Of a DNA stretch of 64,000 bases, positions 8,714 through 18,055 are shown piece after piece (position 1 is the stretch's first letter; each line of letters begins with the position of its first letter). Source of the stretch: an uncultured Gammaproteobacteria bacterium (GTDB lineage: Bacteria; Patescibacteriota; Patescibacteriia; S139-126); contig CAZUKA010000002.1 of NCBI GenBank assembly GCA_964620905.1, forward strand, positions 121,154-185,153, read 5' to 3'. The notes beneath the pieces were generated by a model. That model searched no databases. It was not told the origin of the DNA and saw only the letters and a program-made list of their open reading frames with translations. The position numbers and the translations under genes were made by a program.

Positions 8714-10406
8714 TCTTTTTATTAATAATATAATTATAATATAATTGACAGTAATAATAAATCTCACTACAATATTTAAGTACAATTAAATATATGGAGA
8801 GGTGGCCGAGTGGCTGAAGGCGGCAGGTTGCTAACCTGTTATAGGAGTTTAAATCCCTATCGAGGGTTCGAATCCCTCCCTCTCCGCCAGATTGGCAACT
8901 TTGAACCTTAGTCACGGCAAGGGTTTTTGAGCCCTTGCCACCGACTTTTGGGGGTTCGAAATTGCTAGAGTTTAAGTCCATAAGAACATCAAAGACTGGC
9001 GTCCATATCGGCGTCAGTTTTTGATTTTGCACCGTGAAGCCCTCAAAGCACAGCTTCACCAGTGTTCGCTTCTGATGCATACCACTGGTCTGGAATACTT
9101 TGTCGGCGTGTTCCGTGAAGTCGAGTATCTCGTTAAACTTTTGCACGAATTTGTCCGACTTACCCTCAAGAATCGACAAGCGTTCCTGATACATCTCTTT
9201 CTCCTTTAAAAGCTCGTCCTGAATCTTTATAAACACATCTGCGTCTATGATGCGTTTTGAGCGATCCACAACGATGTTACGGATCTGTTGTTGCACCCTT
9301 ACCAACTCCTGCTTGAGAGTCCTTCGTTCCTTTTCTTCCTGACCCATTCGCTCTTTGGCGAAGTGCTGGAAGTAAGCATCCAAGACCTTCTTAAATCGAT
9401 CCGGCAACTGCACCCTAGAGAGATGCATTGCGACCTGTTCCTCAACCGTCTCCCATCGTATGTATTTACGCTCTGAACAAGCCTTGTCGTTCCAATGGGT
9501 GCATGCGTAGTAGAGATGACCCTTTTGCGTCTGTCCACAGAGCGTAGAACCGCAGACGGCACATCGCATAAAACCGGCCATCGGATAGGAGTGCTTGCGA
9601 CTGCGATCAGCAGAGTGATTGTGTTGTTGGATGATCTCTTGAACGTCATCAAATACCTTTTTAGTAATCAAAGATGGAAAGTTTGCCTGACATGTTGCTG
9701 AACGGGTTTTAACAAGACCATAGTAGATCGGGTTTGCGAGAATGTGTTCGATCGACGTCCGTCTCACTAAATTGCCGTACTTACTTTTGAAACCACGCTT
9801 GGCAAGTTCGGCCGCAAGCGAATCGTAGCTGTACTTTCCAGTCGCGTAGAACTCGAAGGCCATCTTTATAAATGGTGCTCGTAGATTGTCGACAATGAGC
9901 GATTTTGTTTTCTTGTCGTTTAAGTAGCCAGTCGGTGCGTATCCAGGGAACCGGCCACGCTCTACGGCCTCCTTGAGACCCTTCTTGACCTCCCAGCTGA
10001 TGTTCTGGGACGTCCATTGAGCAATTGAGGACATGATGTTCTCGACCAACTCTCCGGAGAAAGACTCATCAAATTGCTCGACCACCGAGATCAGACGAAC
10101 GTCATGCTTTTTGAGCATCATCTTGATGGCCGCATAGTCGGCAACGTTGCGACACATACGGTCCAACTTGTGCATTAAGATAACGTCGACCTTGGCATCG
10201 GTCTTTGCTCGGTGAAGCATTTTTTGAAGCTGTGGACGTTCGACCGTTCGAGCCGATTCGCCCTTCTCCTCGTAGATGCCATCCTGTGCAAGATTCCAGT
10301 GGTGATCCATGCCGTACTTCTGACATGCTTTCACCTGTGCTGGAATACTCAGTTCTCGTTCGGCCTGACGAGAGGTAGAGACACGGCCGTAGATTAAATA
10401 ATTCAT
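8676..10406 (-). CDS. large serine recombinase (phage integrase)
   Basis: N-terminal resolvase catalytic domain (YGRVSTSRQ), recombinase domain, zinc ribbon (CAVCGSTLCG...YYAC), coiled-coil. The ORF has no stop before attL. Its last ~70 codons are the antisense of tRNA-Ser, so the phage-encoded part ends near 8890. Confidence 0.85.
   Translation of the reverse strand: MNYLIYGRVSTSRQAERELSIPAQVKACQKYGMDHHWNLAQDGIYEEKGESARTVERPQLQKMLHRAKTDAKVDVILMHKLDRMCRNVADYAAIKMMLKKHDVRLISVVEQFDESFSGELVENIMSSIAQWTSQNISWEVKKGLKEAVERGRFPGYAPTGYLNDKKTKSLIVDNLRAPFIKMAFEFYATGKYSYDSLAAELAKRGFKSKYGNLVRRTSIEHILANPIYYGLVKTRSATCQANFPSLITKKVFDDVQEIIQQHNHSADRSRKHSYPMAGFMRCAVCGSTLCGQTQKGHLYYACTHWNDKACSERKYIRWETVEEQVAMHLSRVQLPDRFKKVLDAYFQHFAKERMGQEEKERRTLKQELVRVQQQIRNIVVDRSKRIIDADVFIKIQDELLKEKEMYQERLSILEGKSDKFVQKFNEILDFTEHADKVFQTSGMHQKRTLVKLCFEGFTVQNQKLTPIWTPVFDVLMDLNSSNFEPPKVGGKGSKTLAVTKVQSCQSGGEGGIRTLDRDLNSYNRLATCRLQPLGHLSIYLIVLKYCSEIYYYCQLYYNYIINKKNVGYWTNFTYPI
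8796..8889 (+). tRNA. tRNA-Ser (anticodon GCU)
   Basis: Acceptor GGAGAGG/CCUCUCC, anticodon stem GCAGG/CCUGU with loop UUGCUAA, long variable arm, T-arm GAGGG-UUCGAAU-CCCUC, discriminator G plus CCA. Its 3' end is the attachment-site core. Confidence 0.85.
8871..8899 (+). repeat. attL direct repeat (tRNA-Ser 3' end)
   Basis: aatccctccctctccgccagatt(G)gcaac matches 47985-48013 with one mismatch. Confidence 0.8.
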
Positions 10407-10457
10407 AATTTGTTTTTATATAACTTGAGGGCTCTCCTTTGTGGAGAGCCCTGGCGA

Positions 10458-11174
10458 TTAATATTTTTTTATGTGATATGTCAGCCTTCCTAACATCTTG
10501 CTTTCACTCAGAGGGTAGGATTTCTTGAACCCTTCCTTCTCCGGTCGAAGCTCAAGATGGTCGCCCCTCACTTGGTAATAAGTCATCGCCAAACCATCCG
10601 GCGTGCTCATGATCACAATGTCACCATTTTTGGTTGGTGCATCGGCATCAAGGATTATGAAGTCCCCGGAAAGAATACCGGCATCGGGGAGTGCAAGATC
10701 GGATACACGGAGTCCAAATACTCGATGTCCCGGAATCACACCATCCTTGGGAAGTAAAACAAAATCACTCGTTCGACTCAGATGACCATCGAGATCGTCG
10801 ATGGGGATCGCTACGAGCACCGGCAATTTGAAATGACCATCAACAGAAAAAGAATTTTTCAATTCCTCAAGCCCTTGCTCAAGTCTGCTTGCGGCCTCGT
10901 GTACACGCTTCTCGCCGACACCCTTGATGTCGAATTTATAATTGCTCTCCATGCTGACCTGTCGGATTTTGCCTTCGGTCCAACGCTTCCTCACCTCCTC
11001 CTCGGGGAGTTGGTAGGCCTTAGCGAAAGTGACCAGCTGTTTCTGAGATGGAATGCGAGCTCCATTCTCCAGCTGGCTGATATAGCTCGACGAAAAACCG
11101 AGCCGCTCGGCCAGCTCTTTTATAGTCCACTTATTCGATTCTCTTTGTTTTTTTAGATATGAACCAAATGACAT
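10458..11174 (-). CDS. CI/LexA-like repressor (XRE HTH plus S24 peptidase-like C-terminal domain)
   Basis: N-terminal HTH (WTIKELAERLGFSSSYISQLENGARIPS), C-terminal beta-rich LexA/CI-type domain. Divergent from the Cro-like gene. Confidence 0.7.
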   Translation of the reverse strand: MSFGSYLKKQRESNKWTIKELAERLGFSSSYISQLENGARIPSQKQLVTFAKAYQLPEEEVRKRWTEGKIRQVSMESNYKFDIKGVGEKRVHEAASRLEQGLEELKNSFSVDGHFKLPVLVAIPIDDLDGHLSRTSDFVLLPKDGVIPGHRVFGLRVSDLALPDAGILSGDFIILDADAPTKNGDIVIMSTPDGLAMTYYQVRGDHLELRPEKEGFKKSYPLSESKMLGRLTYHIKKY

Positions 11175-11242
11175 ATTTGTTGATTTTGCTTAATCGGTTA
11201 ATGGCGACCTTGATTGCTTAACTATAGCAAATTAGTAAACAT

Positions 11243-11258
11243 TAAGCAACTTTGCTTA
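11243..11258. promoter_or_regulatory. operator palindrome TAAGCAA-CT-TTGCTTA
   Basis: Perfect 7-bp inverted repeat in the repressor/cro intergenic region. Confidence 0.55.
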
Positions 11259-11283
11259 TCCACACCCCAATATATTGACCTTG

Positions 11284-11299
11284 TAAGCAAAATTGCTTA
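11284..11299. promoter_or_regulatory. operator palindrome TAAGCAA-AA-TTGCTTA overlapping a putative cro promoter
   Basis: Second copy of the palindrome. It sits between ttgacc (11274-11279, -35-like) and taatat (11298-11303, -10-like). Related half-sites occur at 11186-11193 and 11214-11230. Confidence 0.5.
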
Positions 11300-11333
11300 A
11301 TATGACTGTAGGGGTCTAAAAGTTAAACAATTT

Positions 11334-11540
11334 ATGAACAAAACACCAGTGAATGTAAAACTCCGTGACCTTCGAATCAAGAAAGGGCTAACGCAATACC
11401 AACTAGCCCGAATTCTTGGTTTTAGGCACAACACTGCGATCAGCCGGTACGAGACAGGACGGAAGCGTCCGAATCTCGAAACAGCCCAGCGGATCGCTTT
11501 GGCTCTCGGAGTCAGAGTAGAGGAAGTTTTCTTGCCTTAG
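11334..11540 (+). CDS. Cro-like XRE-family HTH regulator
   Basis: 68 aa with HTH LTQYQLARILGFRHNTAISRYETGRKRP. Divergent to the repressor. Confidence 0.75.
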   Translation: MNKTPVNVKLRDLRIKKGLTQYQLARILGFRHNTAISRYETGRKRPNLETAQRIALALGVRVEEVFLP

Positions 11541-11593
11541 GCAAGGTGGGGTCAATAAAAGTGTGAGGTCACTCTTATGAACCAAACCACCGC

Positions 11594-11872
11594 ATGTCCA
11601 AACCAGACAAAGAAGAGGAAGCTCTTGTTGAGCTTACTCGCAATGCACTCGCCGAGGTACTCGGTCGAGAGCCGTCCCGACAAGAAGTTTGGAAAGTCCA
11701 TGCTGGCTTTAAGCGCATGGCGTTCATGCTATTGGATCACATGGATCACATTAAAAAACATGACAACGAAAATCCTGATCAAGAGACTCTTCCGGAGGAT
11801 GTGGAGCCGGATGACTCGGAAACCGCCAACAAGGAAGGAACTTCTTTGGAGACGGGAGAGTCTTCTGACTAA
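11594..11872 (+). CDS. acidic hypothetical protein
   Basis: 92-aa protein-like frame. The overlapping 11577..11972 frame is R/W-rich and less plausible. Confidence 0.35.
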   Translation: MSKPDKEEEALVELTRNALAEVLGREPSRQEVWKVHAGFKRMAFMLLDHMDHIKKHDNENPDQETLPEDVEPDDSETANKEGTSLETGESSD

Positions 11873-11965
11873 TTTCACCATCCGAGAGCTTGAAAATCCA
11901 ACTATGCGACGAGACTTCTGCCGAGCGATGGACAACATCGATCGAGCCCTACCCAAATCCAAGGA

Positions 11966-12595
11966 ATGGTAGACGGCGTCTTACTCTCCCCTCAATGGCG
12001 CCAGACGGTGATGGGAGGAATAAGGCGCGGTCTGTGGTCGATCACGCCTTTATTATTCGTTGCCATGTCCGATGAAAAAATAAAAGTTAGAGATTTAAGA
12101 AATGGCGATTGGTATTGGATCAACAAAGTACTCCTTGATGAGTACGGCGAGAAACTCAAGCCAATCGGCATCGCAATTTATAACTGCCTGGCGGCACATG
12201 CTAATCAGGAGGGTTTTTGTTTTCCCTCACACAAGCACATTGCCAAAAAAATAGGAGCCAGCATCTCGAGCGTGCAAAGAGGCATTCGGGAACTTATAAA
12301 ACTGAATCTCGTCCGCAAGGGCCGACAACGCTACCACAACCTGTACTACCTGTTGAAACTAGATAGGTCATACAGACCGACCTCAAACAAGCTCGGTCAG
12401 TCAGACCAGTACATCGGTCATGCAGACCGGTCAGATCAGTCAGCCGGAACTACTAACAAGAATAAAGAAAAAGATTTAAATAAAAAGAATTACGCTCGTG
12501 ATCAAAAAACTGTGGATAACTTGGAGGAAATGAAATCGAAGCTCGTTGAAAAGATGTCGATGGGTGCAAAAAAGACGGCAATGGATGACACCTGA
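11966..12595 (+). CDS. winged-HTH DNA-binding protein (possible replication initiator or DnaD-like organiser)
   Basis: FPSHKHIAKKIGASISSVQRGIRELIKLNLV is typical of phage replication-initiator HTH domains. The likely start is the internal Met near 12068. Confidence 0.45.
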   Translation: MVDGVLLSPQWRQTVMGGIRRGLWSITPLLFVAMSDEKIKVRDLRNGDWYWINKVLLDEYGEKLKPIGIAIYNCLAAHANQEGFCFPSHKHIAKKIGASISSVQRGIRELIKLNLVRKGRQRYHNLYYLLKLDRSYRPTSNKLGQSDQYIGHADRSDQSAGTTNKNKEKDLNKKNYARDQKTVDNLEEMKSKLVEKMSMGAKKTAMDDT

Positions 12596-12720
12596 TTTGT
12601 CCGTTAGCCGACCGGGAGGTAGTCGACCCCGAACCGGAAACGTTTATTAATTAATTCCATGATCAAAGGTTTCTGAAGCTCCGGAATCAATACCAAGCGC
12701 CAGCGACCCCAGCGAATAAT

Positions 12721-13011
12721 ATGGAACAAGAACCATTAAATATCGGCAATTGCCCTCATTGCACAAACATCGTCTTCAAGAACGGCGCATTTAATTCCAA
12801 TGCTTCATTCACGATGCGTTGTCCCAGCTGTCAGAAACTTCTTGAGATAGAAATAAAAACAAGGATTGAGATCACTATAAAACCTGCTGAAAGATACATC
12901 TCAGAGAAAAAACCAAAGTTCGGAAAATTATCAATTGCTTTTCTACTGCCGATTCCAGCTACCCATTATGCAGTGTGTGCTTGCGTAATGTGTGTAAATT
13001 GTCTTTTTTGA
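12721..13011 (+). CDS. zinc-ribbon protein
   Basis: CPHC...CPSCQ pair. Confidence 0.35.
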   Translation: MEQEPLNIGNCPHCTNIVFKNGAFNSNASFTMRCPSCQKLLEIEIKTRIEITIKPAERYISEKKPKFGKLSIAFLLPIPATHYAVCACVMCVNCLF

Positions 13012-13070
13012 GAGGACAGTTCGTTGAAAGTAAAAAGGAGCTCAACGCCCCTTTTTGTATTTTGCTTTGG

Positions 13071-14246
13071 TTATCGCAGTAGACCTGCTAGTTTATTTTT
13101 TGCGCTTACAAACGAATCTTTTTCAGATTCAGGAATAGTCCCTCCTCGGGGGAAATTCGTAGTTTGAGGGTTTATGGGATTACCATCTTCAAACATGGCA
13201 TATTGCAGATGGGGGCCAGTTGAGATACCTGTCGACCCTACATAACCAATAACGTCTCCCTGAACTACATCCACACCATTTTTAATACCTTTGGCGATCT
13301 TTGAAAGATGGGCGTATTGCGTAAGATAACTGCCATGCTTCAACTCCACCGTAATACCGAGTCCACCTTTTGAACCTGCAGTGGTTACTTTTCCATCTGC
13401 AGTAGCAATGACTGGTGTACCCGAATCGGCGGCGTAGTCGATCGCGCGATGCGGAGTGACTTTTTTAGTTACTGGATTGGTACGCTGGTAGCTATAGCCT
13501 GAACTTATCCGAGCGTAATTAAGCGGCGATTTAAGAAACTGACGAGCAAGTGACTGTCCATCCGCGTCATAGAATTTATCGTTATAACGGAATGCTGTGT
13601 ATGTTGTGCCACTATTAGTAAATTTGGCGGCCAACACTTTACCAGCGCCAGCATCCTTGCCGTCCAATGATCGTTTTTCGTAGACAACAGAAAACGAATC
13701 GCCACCCCTAATATCAGTAGCGAAGTCGATATCGCTTGAAAAGATATCAGCGATCTCCATCGTGACCTTATCTGCAATACCAGCATTTTGAGCCGAGACA
13801 AAGAGTGAATCGGTTATAGTCCCATTTGCGGTTACGTTTTGTATTTGATACGGAATAGGTTTTGTAGTTGCTTTAAAAGCGTCATCCTCTTTTACCACAA
13901 TGACAACCGTCTCACTCGTAAGCGGATATTCCACTGAAGCAAACACCTCATTTATAAAGATCAGCTTAATAACCTTACCTGTTTGAATTCTTGTGAAGTC
14001 GAAGGCCTCCTTTGAGGAATTAAGGATAGCAAGAGCCTGATCATAAGGAATCTGAAAAGACCCTAAGATACTCGTAAAAGTGTCGCCGGACTGTATTTTG
14101 TACTCGGCGACCTTTTTCTGATCCGTGCCTATTGCCTGTTGCGCTTGGACTTCTTGCTCGGGCTCGTTATTTAAAATTTTTGAACTTACGAGGGGGACGG
14201 ACGCCATCAGGATACCCCCGATCACTAACGAAACTATTATGTTCAT
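13071..14246 (-). CDS. M23 family metallopeptidase (secreted)
   Basis: N-terminal TM or signal sequence. M23 motifs HRAIDY...D and GSTGISTGPHLQY (HxH). Confidence 0.88.
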   Translation of the reverse strand: MNIIVSLVIGGILMASVPLVSSKILNNEPEQEVQAQQAIGTDQKKVAEYKIQSGDTFTSILGSFQIPYDQALAILNSSKEAFDFTRIQTGKVIKLIFINEVFASVEYPLTSETVVIVVKEDDAFKATTKPIPYQIQNVTANGTITDSLFVSAQNAGIADKVTMEIADIFSSDIDFATDIRGGDSFSVVYEKRSLDGKDAGAGKVLAAKFTNSGTTYTAFRYNDKFYDADGQSLARQFLKSPLNYARISSGYSYQRTNPVTKKVTPHRAIDYAADSGTPVIATADGKVTTAGSKGGLGITVELKHGSYLTQYAHLSKIAKGIKNGVDVVQGDVIGYVGSTGISTGPHLQYAMFEDGNPINPQTTNFPRGGTIPESEKDSFVSAKNKLAGLLR

Positions 14247-14331
14247 AGGTCATTCATTTTAACAAAAATAGCTCTTCATTTCAACCTCATAAAGAGCCTT
14301 ATTTTTAGGCCTATAATGACGGAAAATAATC

Positions 14332-16236
14332 TCATCTAAACAGCCTCAGCCCATTCAGAATCACAAGGATTGCCACTCCGGTATCGGCGGCAATAGCAAT
14401 TCCAAGATGTGCCATTCCAAAAACCGCCAAAACCACGAAAACAAGTTTTGAACCGACTGCCAGAGCAATATTGAACTTCACTGTTCCGAGGGTTCTTTTG
14501 CCAAGGCGAATTACATCAGGGATCAACTCGATACGGTCGCTCATAAGCACCATGTCTGCTGTTTCAAGGGCGATGTCCGTTCCTTTTCCTCCCATTGCGA
14601 TTCCTACATCGGAAAGGGCGAGGGCCGGAGCGTCATTAACGCCGTCGCCGACCATAGCTACAACCCCATACTTGCTTTTTAACTCCTTTATTTTCTCGAC
14701 TTTTTCCTCAGGTAAGAGTCCTGCAAAAACATTTTGGATGCCGAGCAACTTTGCTATATACGATGCACTATGAACATTGTCTCCGGTAAGCATTGTCGGG
14801 ACTATATTATTTTCCGAAAGCATCTTTACTGTCTTCGCCGAATCTTCTCGAACAGTATCTGATATGCCGATCATTCCCATGACCTTATCTTTCTCGCTTA
14901 CAAGGACTACTGTCTTTCCCTCCATCTCGAGCTTTTCGACTTGCTTTGATAGTTCACCGATAGACACATTATGAGCATCCATCATCTTGAGATTGCCGAC
15001 ACAGTGTTCAAGATCATTGCAGACTTTGCATATAGCCTTTCCTCCTTTGCCGGGAATGTTCTGGTACGACTCCATTTGGTGTGGAGTAATTCCTTTTTTC
15101 TTTGCGTATTCGATGATCGCCTCTGCAAGCGGATGTGTTGAGAATGACTCCATACCGGCGACATCCTCAAGCAGTTCTTTTTCGGTAAACCCATCAAAGA
15201 CGACGACATCGGTAACTACCGGCTTACCCAGCGTCAGCGTTCCGGTTTTATCGAATGCGATTGCTTTTACTTTGCCAAGAAGCTCAAGATATTTACCTCC
15301 CTTGATAAGAATGCCTTTCTTCGATGCTCCACCGAGAGCGGCGGTGACAGTGACTGGGGTAGCAATAACAAGAGCGCATGGACAGGCGATTACCAAAAGC
15401 GTGATCGCACGTTCAAGCCAAACGTAGAAACTACCGTCAAAGAAAAGCACTGGTACTCCTACGATGAAAAGTGCCGCGATTGCTATGCTGGGCGTATAGT
15501 ATTTGGCAAAGCTTTCGACAAACTCCTCCGACTGAGTCTTTGACTTTTGAGCACCGGATACCAGCTGTACGATTTTTGAAATAGTTGAATCCTTGCTTGC
15601 TTTCGTGACTTTGATCTCAAGATATCCATTGACGTTGATTGTTCCGGCATAAACCGCATCTCCAACGATTTTGTCTTTTGGGAGGGACTCACCAGTGATA
15701 GATGCCTCGTTAATAGCACTCGTACCTATGACGATAACACCATCGAGAGGGATGAGATCACCTGGCTTTACCACCACGATCGAATTCAAAGCTACTGCAT
15801 CAATATGCACAGTAGAACCGTCTTTGAGTGTTGCTTGTTTTGGATTATTGCTTATTAATTCCTCGAGGGCTTTGCGAGAACGTTTTTTGCCGAAGCTTTC
15901 AAACGCCTCTGCAAGAGAAAAGAAAAATACGACCGCTGACGCCTCGCCAAGCTGTCCGAGGTAGAGAGCGCCAATGGAGGCGACCACGACCAAAAACTCA
16001 ATATTGAGAAACTTCTTTTTCGTGAGACCCTCGAATGCTTCTTGCACGACGAAGATGCCCCCCACGATGATAGCCGTAAGAAAAAGTATGTTTGTTATAT
16101 TTTCTGCGATTCCTGCGTAGGAGAGCAGAAAGCCGACAACTGTACCGACACCAGAAATAATGGTCGCAATTGTACGCCAGTTTATCGACTTCTTTTCTTC
16201 CACGATCTCTTCTGTTTTACAGCATTGTGATGACAT
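14332..16236 (-). CDS. P1B-type heavy-metal translocating ATPase (Zn/Cd/Pb-type features)
   Basis: CPC in TM6, DKTGTLT, MLTGD, GDGVNDAP. TM7 Lys (GSK) and TM8 Asp (AADTG), with no MxxSS, favour a ZntA/CadA-like specificity. No N-terminal HMA domain, only an N-terminal Cys-Cys. Confidence 0.88.
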   Translation of the reverse strand: MSSQCCKTEEIVEEKKSINWRTIATIISGVGTVVGFLLSYAGIAENITNILFLTAIIVGGIFVVQEAFEGLTKKKFLNIEFLVVVASIGALYLGQLGEASAVVFFFSLAEAFESFGKKRSRKALEELISNNPKQATLKDGSTVHIDAVALNSIVVVKPGDLIPLDGVIVIGTSAINEASITGESLPKDKIVGDAVYAGTINVNGYLEIKVTKASKDSTISKIVQLVSGAQKSKTQSEEFVESFAKYYTPSIAIAALFIVGVPVLFFDGSFYVWLERAITLLVIACPCALVIATPVTVTAALGGASKKGILIKGGKYLELLGKVKAIAFDKTGTLTLGKPVVTDVVVFDGFTEKELLEDVAGMESFSTHPLAEAIIEYAKKKGITPHQMESYQNIPGKGGKAICKVCNDLEHCVGNLKMMDAHNVSIGELSKQVEKLEMEGKTVVLVSEKDKVMGMIGISDTVREDSAKTVKMLSENNIVPTMLTGDNVHSASYIAKLLGIQNVFAGLLPEEKVEKIKELKSKYGVVAMVGDGVNDAPALALSDVGIAMGGKGTDIALETADMVLMSDRIELIPDVIRLGKRTLGTVKFNIALAVGSKLVFVVLAVFGMAHLGIAIAADTGVAILVILNGLRLFR

Positions 16237-16240
16237 ACGT

Positions 16241-16426
16241 TTATTTGTTTTTCCAAGACTTCTTTAAGTCTTTCCAAAATCTCTTGTGAATTTCTATAGT
16301 GTCAGCGAGATGTTTTTCGGCCAAATGCTTCACATCGCCACCAGCTTCTCCTATTATTTCTTGGTGGATTCTAATTTCTTCTTGAGCGTGATCCTTTAAT
16401 GCTTGTATTGCTTTTTTGAGGTTCAT
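16241..16426 (-). CDS. small hypothetical protein
   Basis: 61-aa ORF directly downstream of the ATPase gene. Confidence 0.3.
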   Translation of the reverse strand: MNLKKAIQALKDHAQEEIRIHQEIIGEAGGDVKHLAEKHLADTIEIHKRFWKDLKKSWKNK

Positions 16427-16441
16427 ATGTTTTTTGTTTTA

Positions 16442-16663
16442 TTAATTAGTAATGAGTGTGGTAGTTGCCGGTGATTCTTGCACCGCTTTCTTAGTACTAT
16501 TCCTGTCGTTCCGAGTGGCATATGCATAACCGAGGAGCAAAATAAGCAGTACCACCGTGATGGCAACTTTTTTCGGCTCTACCTTGTCAGAGTGGTTATG
16601 CATATACTTTAATAATTGACGTAGTATTTGATCTTCGCGCTGGCCGTTAGATCGGAAACCCAT
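16442..16663 (-). CDS. small membrane protein, hypothetical
   Basis: 73 aa with one TM. Its start overlaps the end of the upstream gene. Confidence 0.3.
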   Translation of the reverse strand: MGFRSNGQREDQILRQLLKYMHNHSDKVEPKKVAITVVLLILLLGYAYATRNDRNSTKKAVQESPATTTLITN

Positions 16664-17271
16664 TTCTGCGCTTCTTGTTGGAACTTCTGTCCCTTAAGTT
16701 GTTCACCGACCTGCTTCCTGAAATCCTCCATCTTCACGTCTTTGGGAGGAGTTGCCTTTGAATCTTTGATGTAGGTATCTATCTCTGCCTCAGTTACCGC
16801 CACCTTGTCAGCAAGCAATTTTTCCAGTTTCTTCTGGATGGTTATTTGCTCTCGAAGTTTTTCCTCTGTCATACCTTGCTGAGCAAGTGCCGTTTCAAAG
16901 GTCCCGCCTTGTGCAGTGACTTGAGTCTTTATCTTATCAATTTCCGCGTCAATTTCCTCTTTGGTCGCAGTCACTTTTTGCTTGTTCAATTCAGTCTCAA
17001 TAAGCTTCTTATCGATGATCGCTTCAAGCGCTTGTTTGCCTCCTTGTTTTTCCAACTCCTTAATGACTGATAGACGGCTAATCGGACTGCCGTTTACCGT
17101 TGCGGCCACAAAGATTCCTTTGGCAAAGAACAGAGCAACAATGATAAGAATTACTGCGACTCCGATCGCAATAACGAGCGGTTTGGGCTTCTTAAATTTC
17201 AAGTTTACATACCCCGATTTGTGTTCTTGCGGGAAGTTCTGTGTTTCTAATTTATTTATGTCCTGTTCCAT
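16609..17271 (-). CDS. SurA N-terminal-domain-like periplasmic chaperone, membrane-anchored
   Basis: TM anchor followed by AATVNGSPISRLSVIKELEKQGGKQALEAIIDKKLI, typical of SurA_N/PpiD-like chaperone domains. Confidence 0.55.
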   Translation of the reverse strand: MEQDINKLETQNFPQEHKSGYVNLKFKKPKPLVIAIGVAVILIIVALFFAKGIFVAATVNGSPISRLSVIKELEKQGGKQALEAIIDKKLIETELNKQKVTATKEEIDAEIDKIKTQVTAQGGTFETALAQQGMTEEKLREQITIQKKLEKLLADKVAVTEAEIDTYIKDSKATPPKDVKMEDFRKQVGEQLKGQKFQQEAQKWVSDLTASAKIKYYVNY

Positions 17272-17282
17272 ATTTTTATATC

Positions 17283-18032
17283 TTAATTATTAATTTTAAG
17301 AGCATCGTCTAACATTTTTTTGAATTCCTCATATCCTCTTGGATTCTCAATCTTTTTGCCGTTGAGGAAGAAGGTTGGGGTACCTTGAATGCCTAATTTT
17401 GTTCCAGTATTTTTATCGCGTTCAATACGATTTTTAACCTCTTGCGAATCTACATCTTGTTTAAATTTAGCAAGGTCGAGACCAAGCTGTTTTGCATATC
17501 CTTCAAAAACCTCAGGGGTAGCGATTTGCTTTTCTCCCCAATCTCTCTGGTTTTCAAAGACAATATCGTGCATCTCCCAGTATTTTCCTTGTTTGCCGGC
17601 GGCTTCAACGGCAGATGCTGATGTCATGCTGTTTTTGTGTCCGGGGAGCGGAAAGTATCTTACAACAAATTTCACCCTATCTTTATATTCTTCAGACAAG
17701 CGTTTTACCACAGGATAGTACGCGCCACATGCTTCGCATTCGAAATCAAGATATTCAACAAGCGTGACTGTCCCTTCTTTATTCCCCTTAACCCAATCAT
17801 CCGATGCAACCGTGAGAAGTTCACTAGTTGGAACAGTCGGTCGAGTCGCTCCATACCAGAAAAGTCCGCCAATTGCTCCGGCAATGACGAGTATTATCGC
17901 GAGCCTCTTTGTCCATTGCTTAACTTTATTTGAGCGTTGATGTAGCTGTTCTTCTCTGGCTTTTTCTTGTCGCCTTATCTCTTTTCGCTCTTTTTTGGTG
18001 AGCGGTTTATTATTTTGTTCATTCAATTCCAT
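17283..18032 (-). CDS. DsbA-like thiol:disulfide oxidoreductase (membrane-anchored)
   Basis: TM anchor and thioredoxin fold with a CEAC active site (LDFECEACGAYYP). Confidence 0.75.
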   Translation of the reverse strand: MELNEQNNKPLTKKERKEIRRQEKAREEQLHQRSNKVKQWTKRLAIILVIAGAIGGLFWYGATRPTVPTSELLTVASDDWVKGNKEGTVTLVEYLDFECEACGAYYPVVKRLSEEYKDRVKFVVRYFPLPGHKNSMTSASAVEAAGKQGKYWEMHDIVFENQRDWGEKQIATPEVFEGYAKQLGLDLAKFKQDVDSQEVKNRIERDKNTGTKLGIQGTPTFFLNGKKIENPRGYEEFKKMLDDALKINN

Positions 18033-18055
18033 GATGGTATATCAATTAATGTTAA

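Noticed and set aside
11577-11972. 131-aa ORF overlapping 11594..11872 in another frame
   Set aside because: R/W-rich composition typical of an off-frame translation of GC-rich DNA. The acidic 92-aa frame is more protein-like.
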